Shown here in pieces: positions 50,208 through 62,595 of a stretch of 64,000 bases of DNA. The notes under the pieces are model-generated. The model was not told the DNA's origin. It worked only from the letters and a program-made list of their open reading frames with translations, and ran no database searches. Within the stretch, counting starts at the first letter, position 1. The number at the start of each line of letters is the position of its first letter. Origin of the DNA: Escherichia coli. Lineage in GTDB: Bacteria; Pseudomonadota; Gammaproteobacteria; Enterobacterales; Enterobacteriaceae. A program made the translations under genes and the position numbers. The DNA lies in assembly GCF_003334785.1 (NCBI RefSeq), contig NZ_QOWV01000003.1. One strand, 5' to 3'.

Positions 50208-50342
50208 GGGATTGTGCGGATGATCACAACCTAAGGTTTTATCCTTAGAACAAAATAGGAATTGATAATCAAATCTGTCACTATTGCGCCTCTAACAGAT
50301 TCATCGTGCTGTACCCTACATACAGCCGAACTATAAAAAGAA

Positions 50343-50374
50343 AGGGCTTCCCAGGTGGAAGCCCTATTTCTTTT
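50343..50374 (+). terminator. pspG intrinsic terminator (overlaps the qor stop)
   Basis: Hairpin AGGGCTTCC-CAGGT-GGAAGCCCT followed by ATTTCTTTT. Confidence 0.8.
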
Positions 50375-51356
50375 ATGGAATCAGCAGGCTGGAACCTTGC
50401 GTCGCCCGGCTTTCCAGAATCTCATGCGCACGCTGCGCATCCTTCAGCGGATATTTCTGCTGCTCGGCGACATCGACCTTAATCACACCGCTGGCAATCA
50501 AAGAGAACAGTTCATTACTGGCCTCGGTTAATTCCTCCCGCGTGGTGATATAGCCTTGCAGGGAAGGGCGTGTCATATACAACGAGCCTTTTTGATTGAG
50601 AATGCCTAAGTTCACACCGGTAACCGCACCTGATGAGTTGCCAAAACTGACCATTAAGCCGCGGCGTTGCAGGCAATCCAGCGACCGTTCCCAGGTGTCT
50701 CTGCCCACGGAATCGTACACCACGCGCACTTTCTTACCGCCGGTGATCTCTTTTAACCGCTCGACCAGATCCTCTTCACGATAGTTAATAACCTGCCACG
50801 CGCCCGCTTTTAGCGCGCTCTGCGCTTTTTGCGCGGTTCCTACGGTGCCGATAAGTTTCGCGCCCAGGGCTTTTGCCCACTGGCAGGCAATTAAGCCAAC
50901 GCCGCCAGCCGCTGCGTGGAACAGGAACTGTTCATCGGGTTTAATTTCATAGGTTTTGCGCAGCAGATAATAAACCGTTAAGCCTTTCAGGAAGGATGCC
51001 GCAGCTTGCTCAAAAGAAATTGCCGCAGGCAGAATCGCCGCTTTATCCGCAATAATGTTATGCACAGAGCTGTAAGCGCCTAACGCCGACTGCGCATAGA
51101 CTACACGATCGCCTGCCTTAATATGCTTTACACCACTGCCGACTTTACTCACGATGCCTGCTGCTTCGGTGCCTAATCCGCTGGGTAGCGATGGCGGCGG
51201 GTAAAGGCCGCTGCGGATATATGTGTCGATAAAATTGATGCCGATGGCTTTATTTTCGACCTGGATTTCATTCTCCGCCGGATCGGCAGGAGTGAACTCT
51301 ACGGCTTGAAGTACTTCCGGGCCACCGTGCTTGTGAAATTCAATTCGTGTTGCCAT
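50373..51356 (-). CDS. qor: NADPH:quinone oxidoreductase (327 aa)
   Basis: ORF 50373..51464 trimmed to the ATG giving MATRIEFHKHGGPEVLQAVEFTPADPAENEIQVENKAIG...; recognised as Qor. Confidence 0.95.
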   Translation of the reverse strand: MATRIEFHKHGGPEVLQAVEFTPADPAENEIQVENKAIGINFIDTYIRSGLYPPPSLPSGLGTEAAGIVSKVGSGVKHIKAGDRVVYAQSALGAYSSVHNIIADKAAILPAAISFEQAAASFLKGLTVYYLLRKTYEIKPDEQFLFHAAAGGVGLIACQWAKALGAKLIGTVGTAQKAQSALKAGAWQVINYREEDLVERLKEITGGKKVRVVYDSVGRDTWERSLDCLQRRGLMVSFGNSSGAVTGVNLGILNQKGSLYMTRPSLQGYITTREELTEASNELFSLIASGVIKVDVAEQQKYPLKDAQRAHEILESRATQGSSLLIP

Positions 51357-51438
51357 GTGTCCTCCAGAACGTATCGTCAGGGTCTGCTTCATATGATAAA
51401 GTTTCGACCCATTCTTTATCTCGGTAACTCCATTCACT

Positions 51439-52854
51439 ATGGCAGGAAATAAACCCTTCAACAAACAGCAGGCTGAACCCCGCGAACGCGATCCACAAGT
51501 TGCCGGGCTGAAAGTGCCTCCGCACTCGATCGAAGCGGAGCAGTCGGTGTTGGGCGGTTTAATGCTAGATAACGAACGCTGGGATGATGTAGCCGAGCGT
51601 GTGGTAGCAGACGATTTTTACACCCGCCCACACCGTCATATCTTTACTGAAATGGCGCGTTTGCAGGAAAGCGGTAGCCCTATCGATCTGATTACTCTTG
51701 CGGAATCGCTGGAACGCCAGGGGCAACTCGATAGCGTCGGTGGTTTTGCTTATCTGGCAGAGCTGTCAAAAAATACGCCAAGTGCGGCTAACATCAGTGC
51801 CTATGCGGACATCGTGCGTGAACGTGCCGTTGTCCGTGAGATGATCTCGGTTGCGAATGAGATTGCCGAAGCTGGTTTTGATCCGCAGGGGCGTACCAGC
51901 GAAGATCTGCTGGATCTGGCTGAATCCCGCGTCTTTAAAATTGCCGAAAGTCGTGCGAACAAAGACGAAGGGCCGAAGAACATCGCCGATGTGCTCGACG
52001 CAACCGTGGCGCGTATTGAGCAGTTGTTTCAGCAGCCACACGATGGCGTTACCGGGGTAAACACCGGTTATGACGATCTCAACAAAAAAACCGCTGGCTT
52101 GCAGCCGTCGGATTTGATCATCGTCGCCGCGCGTCCGTCGATGGGTAAAACAACATTTGCGATGAACCTCGTCGAAAACGCGGCGATGTTGCAGGATAAA
52201 CCGGTACTTATCTTCTCGCTGGAGATGCCATCAGAACAGATCATGATGCGTTCTCTGGCGTCGCTGTCGCGCGTTGACCAGACTAAAATCCGTACCGGGC
52301 AGCTCGATGACGAAGACTGGGCGCGCATTTCCGGCACCATGGGTATTTTGCTCGAAAAACGCAATATCTATATCGATGACTCCTCCGGCCTGACGCCAAC
52401 GGAAGTGCGTTCCCGCGCACGCCGTATTGCCCGTGAACACGGCGGCATCGGGCTTATCATGATCGACTACCTGCAACTGATGCGCGTACCGGCGCTTTCC
52501 GATAACCGTACGCTGGAAATTGCAGAAATCTCTCGCTCGCTGAAAGCACTGGCGAAAGAACTGAACGTGCCGGTGGTGGCGCTGTCCCAGTTGAACCGTT
52601 CTCTGGAACAACGTGCCGACAAACGCCCGGTCAACTCCGACCTGCGTGAATCTGGCTCTATCGAGCAGGATGCGGACTTGATCATGTTTATCTATCGTGA
52701 TGAGGTGTATCACGAAAACAGTGATTTAAAAGGCATCGCGGAAATTATTATCGGTAAACAACGTAACGGCCCAATCGGGACGGTACGCCTGACCTTTAAC
52801 GGTCAATGGTCGCGCTTCGACAACTATGCGGGGCCGCAGTACGACGACGAATAA
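51439..52854 (+). CDS. dnaB: replicative DNA helicase DnaB (471 aa)
   Basis: Full ORF MAGNKPFNKQQAEPRERDPQVAGLKVPPHSIEAEQSVLGG... with Walker A (ARPSMGKTT); recognised as DnaB. Confidence 0.98.
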   Translation: MAGNKPFNKQQAEPRERDPQVAGLKVPPHSIEAEQSVLGGLMLDNERWDDVAERVVADDFYTRPHRHIFTEMARLQESGSPIDLITLAESLERQGQLDSVGGFAYLAELSKNTPSAANISAYADIVRERAVVREMISVANEIAEAGFDPQGRTSEDLLDLAESRVFKIAESRANKDEGPKNIADVLDATVARIEQLFQQPHDGVTGVNTGYDDLNKKTAGLQPSDLIIVAARPSMGKTTFAMNLVENAAMLQDKPVLIFSLEMPSEQIMMRSLASLSRVDQTKIRTGQLDDEDWARISGTMGILLEKRNIYIDDSSGLTPTEVRSRARRIAREHGGIGLIMIDYLQLMRVPALSDNRTLEIAEISRSLKALAKELNVPVVALSQLNRSLEQRADKRPVNSDLRESGSIEQDADLIMFIYRDEVYHENSDLKGIAEIIIGKQRNGPIGTVRLTFNGQWSRFDNYAGPQYDDE

Positions 52855-52906
52855 TAATTATTTTATGAATTAGGTAATTAAAGCAAACACTTATCAAGGA
52901 ACACAA

Positions 52907-53986
52907 ATGCAAGCGGCAACTGTTGTGATTAACCGCCGCGCTCTGCGACACAACCTGCAACGTCTTCGTGAACTGGCCCCTGCCAGTAAAATGGTTGCGG
53001 TGGTGAAAGCGAACGCTTATGGTCACGGTCTTCTTGAGACCGCGCGAACGCTCCCCGATGCTGACGCCTTTGGCGTAGCCCGTCTCGAAGAAGCTCTGCG
53101 ACTGCGTGCGGGGGGAATCACCAAACCTGTACTGTTACTCGAAGGCTTTTTTGATGCCAGAGATCTGCCGACGATTTCTGCGCAACATTTTCATACCGCC
53201 GTGCATAACGAAGAACAGCTGGCTGCGCTGGAAGAGGCTAGCCTGGACGAGCCGGTTACCGTCTGGATGAAACTCGATACCGGTATGCACCGTCTGGGCG
53301 TAAGGCCGGAACAGGCTGAGGCGTTTTATCATCGCCTGACCCAGTGCAAAAACGTTCGTCAGCCGGTGAATATCGTCAGCCATTTTGCGCGCGCGGATGA
53401 ACCAAAATGTGGCGCAACCGAGAAACAACTCGCTATCTTTAATACCTTTTGCGAAGGCAAACCTGGTCAACGTTCCATTGCCGCGTCGGGTGGCATTCTG
53501 CTGTGGCCACAGTCGCATTTTGACTGGGTGCGCCCGGGCATCATTCTTTATGGCGTCTCGCCGCTGGAAGATCGCTCCACCGGTGCCGATTTTGGCTGTC
53601 AGCCAGTGATGTCACTAACCTCCAGCCTGATTGCCGTGCGTGAGCATAAAGCCGGAGAGCCTGTTGGTTATGGTGGAACCTGGGTAAGCGAACGTGATAC
53701 CCGTCTTGGCGTAGTCGCGATGGGCTATGGCGATGGTTATCCGCGCGCCGCGCCGTCCGGTACGCCAGTGCTGGTGAACGGTCGCGAAGTACCGATTGTC
53801 GGGCGCGTGGCGATGGATATGATCTGCGTAGACTTAGGTCCACAGGCGCAGGACAAAGCCGGGGATCCGGTCATTTTATGGGGCGAAGGTTTGCCCGTAG
53901 AACGTATCGCTGAAATGACGAAAGTAAGCGCTTACGAACTTATTACGCGCCTGACTTCAAGGGTCGCGATGAAATACGTGGATTAA
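52907..53986 (+). CDS. alr: alanine racemase, biosynthetic (359 aa)
   Basis: Full ORF with PLP-binding motif ([11 protein letters not shown]); recognised as Alr. Confidence 0.97.
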
Positions 53987-54012
53987 TCGTTCTGTAATAT
54001 TTGATTGTCTGT

Positions 54013-54043
54013 GCCGGATGCGGCGTGAATGCCTTATCCGGCC
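54013..54043. repeat. REP element downstream of alr
   Basis: GCCGGATGCGGCGTGAATGCCTTATCCGGCC. Confidence 0.85.
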
Positions 54044-54238
54044 AATAAAATCCTAAAAATTCAATAAGTTGATGTTCTTTCATGCTCTTATAAAGGTCGT
54101 GCCTCTGGCGGATGTACGTTTGTCATGAGTCTCACTCTGTTGCTAATTGCCGTTCGCTCCTGAACATCCACTCGATCTTCGCCTTCTTCCGGTTTATTGT
54201 GTTTTAACCACCTGCCCGTAAACCTGGAGAACCATCGC

Positions 54239-55432
54239 GTGTTTCAAAAAGTTGACGCCTACGCTGGCGACCCGATTCTTACGCTTATGGAGCGTTTTAA
54301 AGAAGACCCTCGCAGCGACAAAGTGAATTTAAGTATCGGTCTGTACTACAACGAAGACGGAATTATTCCACAACTGCAAGCCGTGGCGGAGGCGGAAGCG
54401 CGCCTGAATGCGCAGCCTCATGGCGCTTCGCTTTATTTACCGATGGAAGGGCTTAACTGCTATCGCCATGCCATTGCGCCGCTGCTGTTTGGTGCGGACC
54501 ATCCGGTACTGAAACAACAGCGCGTAGCAACCATTCAAACCCTTGGCGGCTCCGGGGCATTGAAAGTGGGCGCGGATTTCCTGAAACGCTACTTCCCGGA
54601 ATCAGGCGTCTGGGTCAGCGATCCTACCTGGGAAAACCACGTAGCAATATTCGCCGGGGCTGGATTCGAAGTGAGTACTTACCCCTGGTATGACGAAGCG
54701 ACTAACGGCGTGCGCTTTAATGACCTGTTGGCGACGCTGAAAACATTACCTGCCCGCAGTATTGTGTTGCTGCATCCATGTTGCCACAACCCAACGGGTG
54801 CCGATCTCACTAATGATCAGTGGGATGCGGTGATTGAAATTCTCAAAGCCCGCGAGCTTATTCCATTCCTCGATATTGCCTATCAAGGATTTGGTGCCGG
54901 TATGGAAGAGGATGCCTACGCTATTCGCGCCATTGCCAGCGCTGGATTACCCGCTCTGGTGAGCAATTCGTTCTCGAAAATTTTCTCCCTTTACGGCGAG
55001 CGCGTCGGCGGACTTTCTGTTATGTGTGAAGATGCCGAAGCCGCTGGCCGCGTACTGGGGCAATTGAAAGCAACAGTTCGCCGCAACTACTCCAGCCCGC
55101 CGAATTTTGGTGCGCAGGTGGTGGCTGCAGTGCTGAATGACGAGGCATTGAAAGCCAGCTGGCTGGCGGAAGTAGAAGAGATGCGTACTCGCATTCTGGC
55201 AATGCGTCAGGAATTGGTGAAGGTATTAAGCACAGAGATGCCAGAACGCAATTTCGATTATCTGCTTAATCAGCGCGGCATGTTCAGTTATACCGGTTTA
55301 AGTGCCGCTCAGGTTGACCGACTACGTGAAGAATTTGGTGTCTATCTCATCGCCAGCGGTCGCATGTGTGTCGCCGGGTTAAATACGGCAAATGTACAAC
55401 GTGTGGCAAAGGCGTTTGCTGCGGTGATGTAA
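54239..55432 (+). CDS. tyrB: aromatic-amino-acid aminotransferase TyrB (397 aa)
   Basis: ORF 54197..55432; start set at GTG 54239 after GGAGA, giving (M)[24 protein letters not shown]...; recognised as TyrB. Confidence 0.95.
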   Translation: MFQKVDAYAGDPILTLMERFKEDPRSDKVNLSIGLYYNEDGIIPQLQAVAEAEARLNAQPHGASLYLPMEGLNCYRHAIAPLLFGADHPVLKQQRVATIQTLGGSGALKVGADFLKRYFPESGVWVSDPTWENHVAIFAGAGFEVSTYPWYDEATNGVRFNDLLATLKTLPARSIVLLHPCCHNPTGADLTNDQWDAVIEILKARELIPFLDIAYQGFGAGMEEDAYAIRAIASAGLPALVSNSFSKIFSLYGERVGGLSVMCEDAEAAGRVLGQLKATVRRNYSSPPNFGAQVVAAVLNDEALKASWLAEVEEMRTRILAMRQELVKVLSTEMPERNFDYLLNQRGMFSYTGLSAAQVDRLREEFGVYLIASGRMCVAGLNTANVQRVAKAFAAVM

Positions 55433-55933
55433 TGCAGGAAAGCAGGCTGGAGCTACCCAGCCTGCAGTGAAATTAAACTGTCGTCGCTTTCACTCTTTCT
55501 TTATAGATGATTTTTTTGATGCCATCGTTCTACGTGAGAGATAATAAACGTTGTTAGTTCTTTTATTGTTAAGCTTATCCCAATTATCTGGAATTCCTTA
55601 TCCTGTTTTTTTGGGTGGAGTAATAATTTCTGCACATCTAACCATTATTAAATTTAATAATAAGTATCGGGTTTGTTACGATAGAATATTTCTATATCCT
55701 CAAGAATATGCTTTGCCTTATTGCCTGTGACTTTCTGAGATTCAATTATAGTATCGTTAAATTCTAATGTTAAAGAGAACTCTTTTTTCCGCTTTGTGTA
55801 AGTTTAACCTTATATTGATTACCAATATCAAATAAAAAGGTCCTGTAATGAGAATAATCACCTTTAACCTCCTCGGCAAAACAGCAAAGCGTGCAAATAT
55901 ACATAAAGTCTTTCTTACCCCTGATTTTGTTAA

Positions 55934-56137
55934 CTAAATCAATAAATGCGTGAAAAACTTTACTTGCAATAGAACTTGATACTTCTTCTCCAGGTCTAAA
56001 AAATCTTTTGCAATTTTTAACTGTGTTTCTATGTATAAAAAGAAATCTTTGGCATAAGAGATATCTTTATTATTTAGTGCATCTAGCTCAACAGGTAAAG
56101 ATGTCGTTTTGTTGCTATTCACATATGATATATTCAT
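55934..56137 (-). CDS. yjbS: small uncharacterised protein YjbS (67 aa)
   Basis: AT-rich ORF MNISYVNSNKTTSLPVELDALNNKDISYAKDFFLYIETQL... within a gene-poor stretch; coding status uncertain. Confidence 0.5.
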   Translation of the reverse strand: MNISYVNSNKTTSLPVELDALNNKDISYAKDFFLYIETQLKIAKDFLDLEKKYQVLLQVKFFTHLLI

Positions 56138-56259
56138 ATCATCATCTCCATCGCGAGTAATAAAATTAATCACCATTGTAGGGTAGGGGGCTGGTCAATC
56201 AGAAATCATCTTTATAAACTTCGATTGTTTTTGTAATGCTGTATCATTAAGTTCATTAA

Positions 56260-57252
<993 letters not shown>

Positions 57253-57257
57253 CAGAG

Positions 57258-57295
57258 CGGGAGAGCGTGATGCTCTCCCGAATGCTGTTTTTTTA
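57258..57295 (+). terminator. aphA intrinsic terminator
   Basis: Hairpin CGGGAGAGC-GTGAT-GCTCTCCCG followed by AATGCTGTTTTTTT. Confidence 0.8.
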
Positions 57296-57362
57296 ATCAC
57301 ACCTTTATCCTTTCGCTGTCTTGCTGCAAACTGATTAAGAGAGTTTTATCAAGGAGCAGCAC

Positions 57363-57779
57363 ATGTGGTATCAAAAGACGCTCACGCTTAGCGCCAAATC
57401 TCGTGGGTTTCATCTGGTAACGGATGAAATTCTGAATCAGCTGGCTGATATGCCGCGCGTTAACATCGGCTTACTGCATCTGTTGCTGCAACATACCTCC
57501 GCCTCTCTGACACTTAATGAGAACTGCGATCCCACCGTACGCCACGACATGGAGCGTTTTTTCCTCCGCACCGTTCCCGACAACGGAAATTATGAGCATG
57601 ACTATGAGGGAGCAGACGATATGCCTTCTCATATCAAATCCTCAATGCTGGGAACATCGCTTGTATTGCCGGTGCATAAAGGGCGTATTCAGACCGGCAC
57701 CTGGCAAGGCATTTGGCTGGGGGAACATCGCATCCACGGCGGATCGCGTCGCATCATCGCGACACTACAAGGGGAGTAA
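57363..57779 (+). CDS. yjbQ: UPF0047-family protein YjbQ (138 aa)
   Basis: Full [57 protein letters not shown]... recognised as YjbQ. Confidence 0.92.
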
Positions 57780-57782
57780 AAA

Positions 57783-58139
57783 ATGACCATTTCGGAGTTG
57801 CTACAATATTGCATGGCAAAACCAGGCGCAGAACAGAGCGTGCATAATGACTGGAAAGCGACGCAGATCAAAGTGGAAGATGTACTGTTTGCGATGGTGA
57901 AAGAAGTAGAAAATCGCCCAGCTGTTTCGCTGAAAACCAGCCCGGAGCTGGCGGAGCTGCTACGTCAGCAGCACAGCGATGTGCGTCCAAGCCGCCATCT
58001 GAATAAAGCGCACTGGAGCACCGTGTATCTCGACGGTTCGCTGCCAGATTCGCAAATCTATTATCTGGTGGATGCGTCTTATCAGCAGGCGGTGAATTTA
58101 CTGCCGGAAGAAAAACGTAAATTGCTGGTGCAACTCTGA
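57783..58139 (+). CDS. yjbR: uncharacterised protein YjbR (118 aa)
   Basis: Full ORF starting 3 bp after the yjbQ stop (likely co-transcribed); recognised as YjbR. Confidence 0.9.
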   Translation: MTISELLQYCMAKPGAEQSVHNDWKATQIKVEDVLFAMVKEVENRPAVSLKTSPELAELLRQQHSDVRPSRHLNKAHWSTVYLDGSLPDSQIYYLVDASYQQAVNLLPEEKRKLLVQL

Positions 58140-58146
58140 AAGGAAA

Positions 58147-58169
58147 AGGCCGCTCAGAAAGCGGCCTTA
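58147..58169. terminator. bidirectional terminator between convergent yjbR and uvrA
   Basis: Hairpin AAGGCCGCT-CAGAAA-GCGGCCTT; U-tract present on the uvrA (minus) side. Confidence 0.8.
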
Positions 58170-58173
58170 ACGA

Positions 58174-60996
58174 TTACAGCATCGGCTTAAGGAAGCGTGC
58201 CGTGTGTGATGCTTCGCACTCCGCGACGGTTTCTGGCGTACCGGAGACGAGGATCTCGCCGCCACCACTGCCGCCTTCTGGTCCCAGGTCGACAATCCAG
58301 TCAGCGGTTTTGATCACGTCGAGATTGTGCTCAATCACCACAATGGTGTTGCCCTGATCGCGCAGTTTATGCAGTACGTCGAGCAGTTGCTGAATATCGG
58401 CGAAGTGCAGACCGGTGGTCGGCTCGTCGAGAATATACAGCGTCTGCCCGGTGCCGCGTTTTGACAGTTCACGCGCCAGCTTCACGCGCTGGGCTTCACC
58501 GCCTGAAAGGGTGGTTGCGGACTGCCCCAGTCGAATGTACGTCAGGCCAACGTCCATCAACGTTTGCAGCTTACGCGCCAGTGCAGGTACGGCATCAAAG
58601 AACTCACGCGCCTCTTCGATGGTCATATCCAGCACTTCGTGGATGGTTTTGCCTTTGTACTTAATCTCCAGCGTTTCACGGTTATAGCGTTTACCTTTGC
58701 ACTGGTCGCACGGCACGTAGATATCCGGCAGGAAGTGCATCTCCACTTTGATCACGCCATCGCCCTGACAGGCCTCGCAGCGTCCGCCACGAACGTTAAA
58801 GCTGAAACGTCCCGGCGTATAGCCGCGCGCACGGGATTCCGGTACGCCCGCAAACAGTTCGCGCACAGGCGTAAACACGCCGGTATAGGTCGCCGGGTTA
58901 GAACGTGGAGTACGACCAATTGGGCTTTGGTCGATATCGATCACTTTATCGAAATGCTCCAGCCCCTGAATATCGCGATACGGTGCTGGTTCGGCGATGG
59001 TCGCCCCATTCAACTGGCGTTGGGCAATCGGGAACAGTGTGTCGTTAATCAGCGTCGATTTACCGGAACCTGAAACCCCGGTGATGCAGGTAAACAGACC
59101 CACCGGCAGCGTCAGCGTCACGTCCTTCAGGTTGTTGCCGCGTGCGCCTGTCAGCTTCAGCACTTTTTCCGGATTCGCCGGAACGCGTTTCTTCGGCACT
59201 TCAATCTTGCGTTTGCCGCTCATGTACTGCCCGGTCAACGACTCCGGCACCGCCATAATCGCTTCCAGCGGACCTTCTGCGACCACTTCACCGCCGTGAA
59301 CACCTGCGCCCGGGCCAATGTCGATCACATGGTCAGCGGCGCGAATTGCGTCTTCGTCGTGCTCCACCACAATCACGGTATTACCGAGATCGCGCAGATG
59401 GATAAGCGTACCCAACAGGCGCTCGTTATCACGCTGGTGCAGGCCGATAGACGGCTCGTCCAGCACGTACATAACGCCAACCAGGCCCGCACCAATCTGG
59501 CTCGCCAGACGGATACGCTGTGCTTCACCGCCAGAAAGCGTTTCTGCCGAGCGGGAAAGCGTCAGGTAATTCAGGCCGACGTTAACGAGGAATTTCAGAC
59601 GATCGCCGATCTCTTTAAGGATTTTTTCTGCAATCTTCGCCCGCTGACCTGCGAGTTTGAGATTGTTGAAGAATTCCATCGCATGACCAATGCTCATGTC
59701 GGAGATAGCAGGCAGCGGCGTATTCTCGACATACACGTGGCGCGCTTCCCGACGCAGACGCGTCCCTTCGCAGCTGGCGCACGGACGATTACTGATAAAC
59801 TTGGCTAATTCTTCGCGTACCGCGCTGGATTCCGTCTCTTTATAGCGGCGCTCCATATTATGCAGCACGCCTTCGAACGGATGACGACGAATGGAGGTAT
59901 CGCCACGATCGTTCATGTATTTGAATTCAATGTTTTCTTTGCCAGAACCGTACAACACCACTTTATGCACGTTCGCGCTCAGGCTGCCCCACGGCGCTTC
60001 GACGTCGAACTTATAGTGATCTGCCAGCGATTTCAGCATCTGGAAATAATAGAAGTTGCGGCGATCCCAGCCACGGATCGCACCACCAGCCAGCGACAGT
60101 TCCGGATTCTGGATCACTCGATCAGGATCGAAATATTGCTGTACGCCAAGGCCGTCGCAGGTCGGGCAGGCCCCCGCCGGGTTGTTAAACGAAAACAGTC
60201 GCGGCTCCAGTTCACGCATACTGTAGCCGCAAATTGGGCAGGCGAAGTTGGCGGAGAACAGCAGCTCTTCCGCTTTCGGGTCGTCCATATCCGCCACTAC
60301 CGCGGTACCACCGGAAAGCTCCAGCGCGGTTTCAAATGACTCGGCAAGACGTTGGGTAAGATCGTCACGCACCTTGAAGCGATCAACCACCACTTCAATG
60401 GTATGTTTCTTTTGCAGTTCCAGTTTTGGCGGATCGGAAAGATCGCAGACTTCGCCATCAATACGAGCACGGATGTAGCCCTGGCTTGCCAGGTTCTCCA
60501 GCGTTTTGGTGTGTTCGCCTTTGCGCTCTTTAATGATTGGCGCGAGTAGCATCAGACGCTTGCCTTCCGGCTGCGACAGCACGTTATCCACCATCTGGCT
60601 GACGGTTTGCGCCGCCAGCGGGACGTCGTGGTCCGGACAGCGCGGCTCGCCAACGCGGGCGAATAACAAACGCAAATAGTCGTGGATTTCGGTGATTGTC
60701 CCCACCGTAGAACGCGGGTTATGAGACGTCGATTTCTGCTCAATTGAGATGGCAGGAGAAAGCCCCTCAATATGATCGACGTCCGGCTTTTCCATCAGTG
60801 ACAGAAACTGCCGCGCGTAGGCGGAAAGGGATTCAACGTAACGGCGCTGCCCTTCGGCATATAAGGTGTCGAAAGCGAGCGAGGATTTGCCAGAACCCGA
60901 AAGCCCGGTCACGACAATGAGCTTGTCGCGGGGGATAACGAGGTTGATGTTTTTGAGATTATGGGTGCGGGCGCCCCGAACTTCGATCTTATCCAT
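58174..60996 (-). CDS. uvrA: excinuclease ABC subunit A, UvrA (940 aa)
   Basis: Full [56 protein letters not shown]... with two ABC ATPase modules and zinc-finger cysteines. Confidence 0.98.
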   Translation of the reverse strand: MDKIEVRGARTHNLKNINLVIPRDKLIVVTGLSGSGKSSLAFDTLYAEGQRRYVESLSAYARQFLSLMEKPDVDHIEGLSPAISIEQKSTSHNPRSTVGTITEIHDYLRLLFARVGEPRCPDHDVPLAAQTVSQMVDNVLSQPEGKRLMLLAPIIKERKGEHTKTLENLASQGYIRARIDGEVCDLSDPPKLELQKKHTIEVVVDRFKVRDDLTQRLAESFETALELSGGTAVVADMDDPKAEELLFSANFACPICGYSMRELEPRLFSFNNPAGACPTCDGLGVQQYFDPDRVIQNPELSLAGGAIRGWDRRNFYYFQMLKSLADHYKFDVEAPWGSLSANVHKVVLYGSGKENIEFKYMNDRGDTSIRRHPFEGVLHNMERRYKETESSAVREELAKFISNRPCASCEGTRLRREARHVYVENTPLPAISDMSIGHAMEFFNNLKLAGQRAKIAEKILKEIGDRLKFLVNVGLNYLTLSRSAETLSGGEAQRIRLASQIGAGLVGVMYVLDEPSIGLHQRDNERLLGTLIHLRDLGNTVIVVEHDEDAIRAADHVIDIGPGAGVHGGEVVAEGPLEAIMAVPESLTGQYMSGKRKIEVPKKRVPANPEKVLKLTGARGNNLKDVTLTLPVGLFTCITGVSGSGKSTLINDTLFPIAQRQLNGATIAEPAPYRDIQGLEHFDKVIDIDQSPIGRTPRSNPATYTGVFTPVRELFAGVPESRARGYTPGRFSFNVRGGRCEACQGDGVIKVEMHFLPDIYVPCDQCKGKRYNRETLEIKYKGKTIHEVLDMTIEEAREFFDAVPALARKLQTLMDVGLTYIRLGQSATTLSGGEAQRVKLARELSKRGTGQTLYILDEPTTGLHFADIQQLLDVLHKLRDQGNTIVVIEHNLDVIKTADWIVDLGPEGGSGGGEILVSGTPETVAECEASHTARFLKPML

Positions 60997-61081
60997 TCAC
61001 CTTTCCCGGATTAAACGCTTTTTTGCCCGGTGGCATGGTGCTACCGGCGATCACAAACGGTTAATTATGACACAAATTGAC

Positions 61082-61097
61082 CTGAATGAATATACAG
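61082..61097 (-). promoter_or_regulatory. LexA (SOS) box in the divergent uvrA-ssb promoter region
   Basis: Plus strand CTGAATGAATATACAG = minus-strand CTGTATATTCATTCAG, fitting CTGT-N8-ACAG. Confidence 0.9.
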
Positions 61098-61249
61098 TAT
61101 TGGAATGCATTACCCGGAGTGTTGTGTAACAATGTCTGGCCAGGTTTGTTTCCCGGAACCGAGGTCACAACATAGTAAAAGCGCTATTGGTAATGGTACA
61201 ATCGCGCGTTTACACTTATTCAGAACGATTTTTTTCAGGAGACACGAAC

Positions 61250-61786
61250 ATGGCCAGCAGAGGCGTAAACAAGGTTATTCTCGTTGGTAATCTGGGTCAG
61301 GACCCGGAAGTACGCTACATGCCAAATGGTGGCGCAGTTGCCAACATTACGCTGGCTACTTCCGAATCCTGGCGTGATAAAGCGACCGGCGAGATGAAAG
61401 AACAGACTGAATGGCACCGCGTTGTGCTGTTCGGCAAACTGGCAGAAGTGGCGAGCGAATATCTGCGTAAAGGTTCTCAGGTTTATATCGAAGGTCAGCT
61501 GCGTACCCGTAAATGGACCGATCAATCCGGTCAGGATCGCTACACCACAGAAGTCGTGGTGAACGTTGGCGGCACCATGCAGATGCTGGGTGGTCGTCAG
61601 GGTGGTGGCGCTCCGGCAGGTGGCAATATCGGTGGTGGTCAGCCGCAGGGCGGTTGGGGTCAGCCTCAGCAGCCGCAGGGTGGCAATCAGTTCAGCGGCG
61701 GCGCGCAGTCTCGCCCGCAGCAGTCCGCTCCGGCAGCGCCGTCTAACGAGCCGCCGATGGACTTTGATGATGACATTCCGTTCTGA
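61250..61786 (+). CDS. ssb: single-stranded DNA-binding protein SSB (178 aa)
   Basis: ORF 61187..61786 trimmed to ATG 61250 after AGGAGA ([41 protein letters not shown]...); Gly/Gln-rich linker and acidic tip DFDDDIPF. Confidence 0.98.
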   Translation: MASRGVNKVILVGNLGQDPEVRYMPNGGAVANITLATSESWRDKATGEMKEQTEWHRVVLFGKLAEVASEYLRKGSQVYIEGQLRTRKWTDQSGQDRYTTEVVVNVGGTMQMLGGRQGGGAPAGGNIGGGQPQGGWGQPQQPQGGNQFSGGAQSRPQQSAPAAPSNEPPMDFDDDIPF

Positions 61787-61854
61787 TTTGTCATTAAAAC
61801 AATAGGTTATATTGTTTTAAGGTGGATGATTAAAGCATCTGCCAGCCATAAAAA

Positions 61855-61879
61855 AGAAGCCTCCGTTATGGAGGCTTCT
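61855..61879 (-). terminator. terminator hairpin between ssb and convergent yjcB
   Basis: Hairpin GAAGCCTCC-GTTAT-GGAGGCTTC; A-run upstream on plus gives a U-tract on the minus strand. Confidence 0.7.
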
Positions 61880-61884
61880 ACGTA

Positions 61885-62166
61885 TCAGGTCAAAATCATT
61901 GGCCATTGTGGCGGTGTCTGATTCATCTCTTCTATCATCACCGACTCGATGTTGTGCCAGATAGCGGTGATGTCCGCCATTGTGATGCCAAGCAACCCCA
62001 TTGCGAACCAACAGGCGGAAACAACGCCCAGACCGCTGCTGATCACCGCAAGCCCGACATAATCAGACCGACGAAAACGGATGTTGAGTGTGCTGGCCAG
62101 AAACATCATTACGGCACTAAGAAGTTGCCAGCGAAGAAGAACCACGCCAGTGGTGAGGGTAGCCAT
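61885..62166 (-). CDS. yjcB: small membrane protein YjcB (93 aa)
   Basis: ORF 61885..62265 trimmed to the ATG giving MATLTTGVVLLRWQLLSAVMMFLASTLNIRF...; hydrophobic. Confidence 0.8.
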   Translation of the reverse strand: MATLTTGVVLLRWQLLSAVMMFLASTLNIRFRRSDYVGLAVISSGLGVVSACWFAMGLLGITMADITAIWHNIESVMIEEMNQTPPQWPMILT

Positions 62167-62595
62167 CAAACAATTCCTCTGAAAAGAGCCGATGCCCTGG
62201 ACAGCGCGGCGTTGTTCACGGGAGGCGTGGTACACTCTGGCTATCGCGGGGCTTGCAGAACACAAAAATGAAACACTCTGTTTGTTTCATTAATTTTGTG
62301 AACTATATCACAATTGATTGTTTGTTAGCCATATTAGGCCGTGACTTTTATTGCTGTACAGATTATGTGGTTTTTCAGTGGCATTAAGGGCATATCTTCC
62401 CGCCGCCTCTGCATTCCTGTAGGAAATTAATTTTGAATATCAATGAATTATTTTCATCCAGGTGACGATTAGAAAGGTATCAATTTCAAATCAGGCAAAA
62501 GTGCTATTTATACCGTAAGATTTATCTAAAGACGTCGGTACCCAGGGTTTTCACCTTGCAATGGCCGGGTATAAACAGGCAGGAAATTGATAGCA

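Noticed and set aside
54080-54110. TyrR box upstream of tyrB (GGATGTACGTTTGTCATGAG)
   Set aside because: The spacing does not fit the TGTAAA-N6-TTTACA consensus well enough to call by eye.
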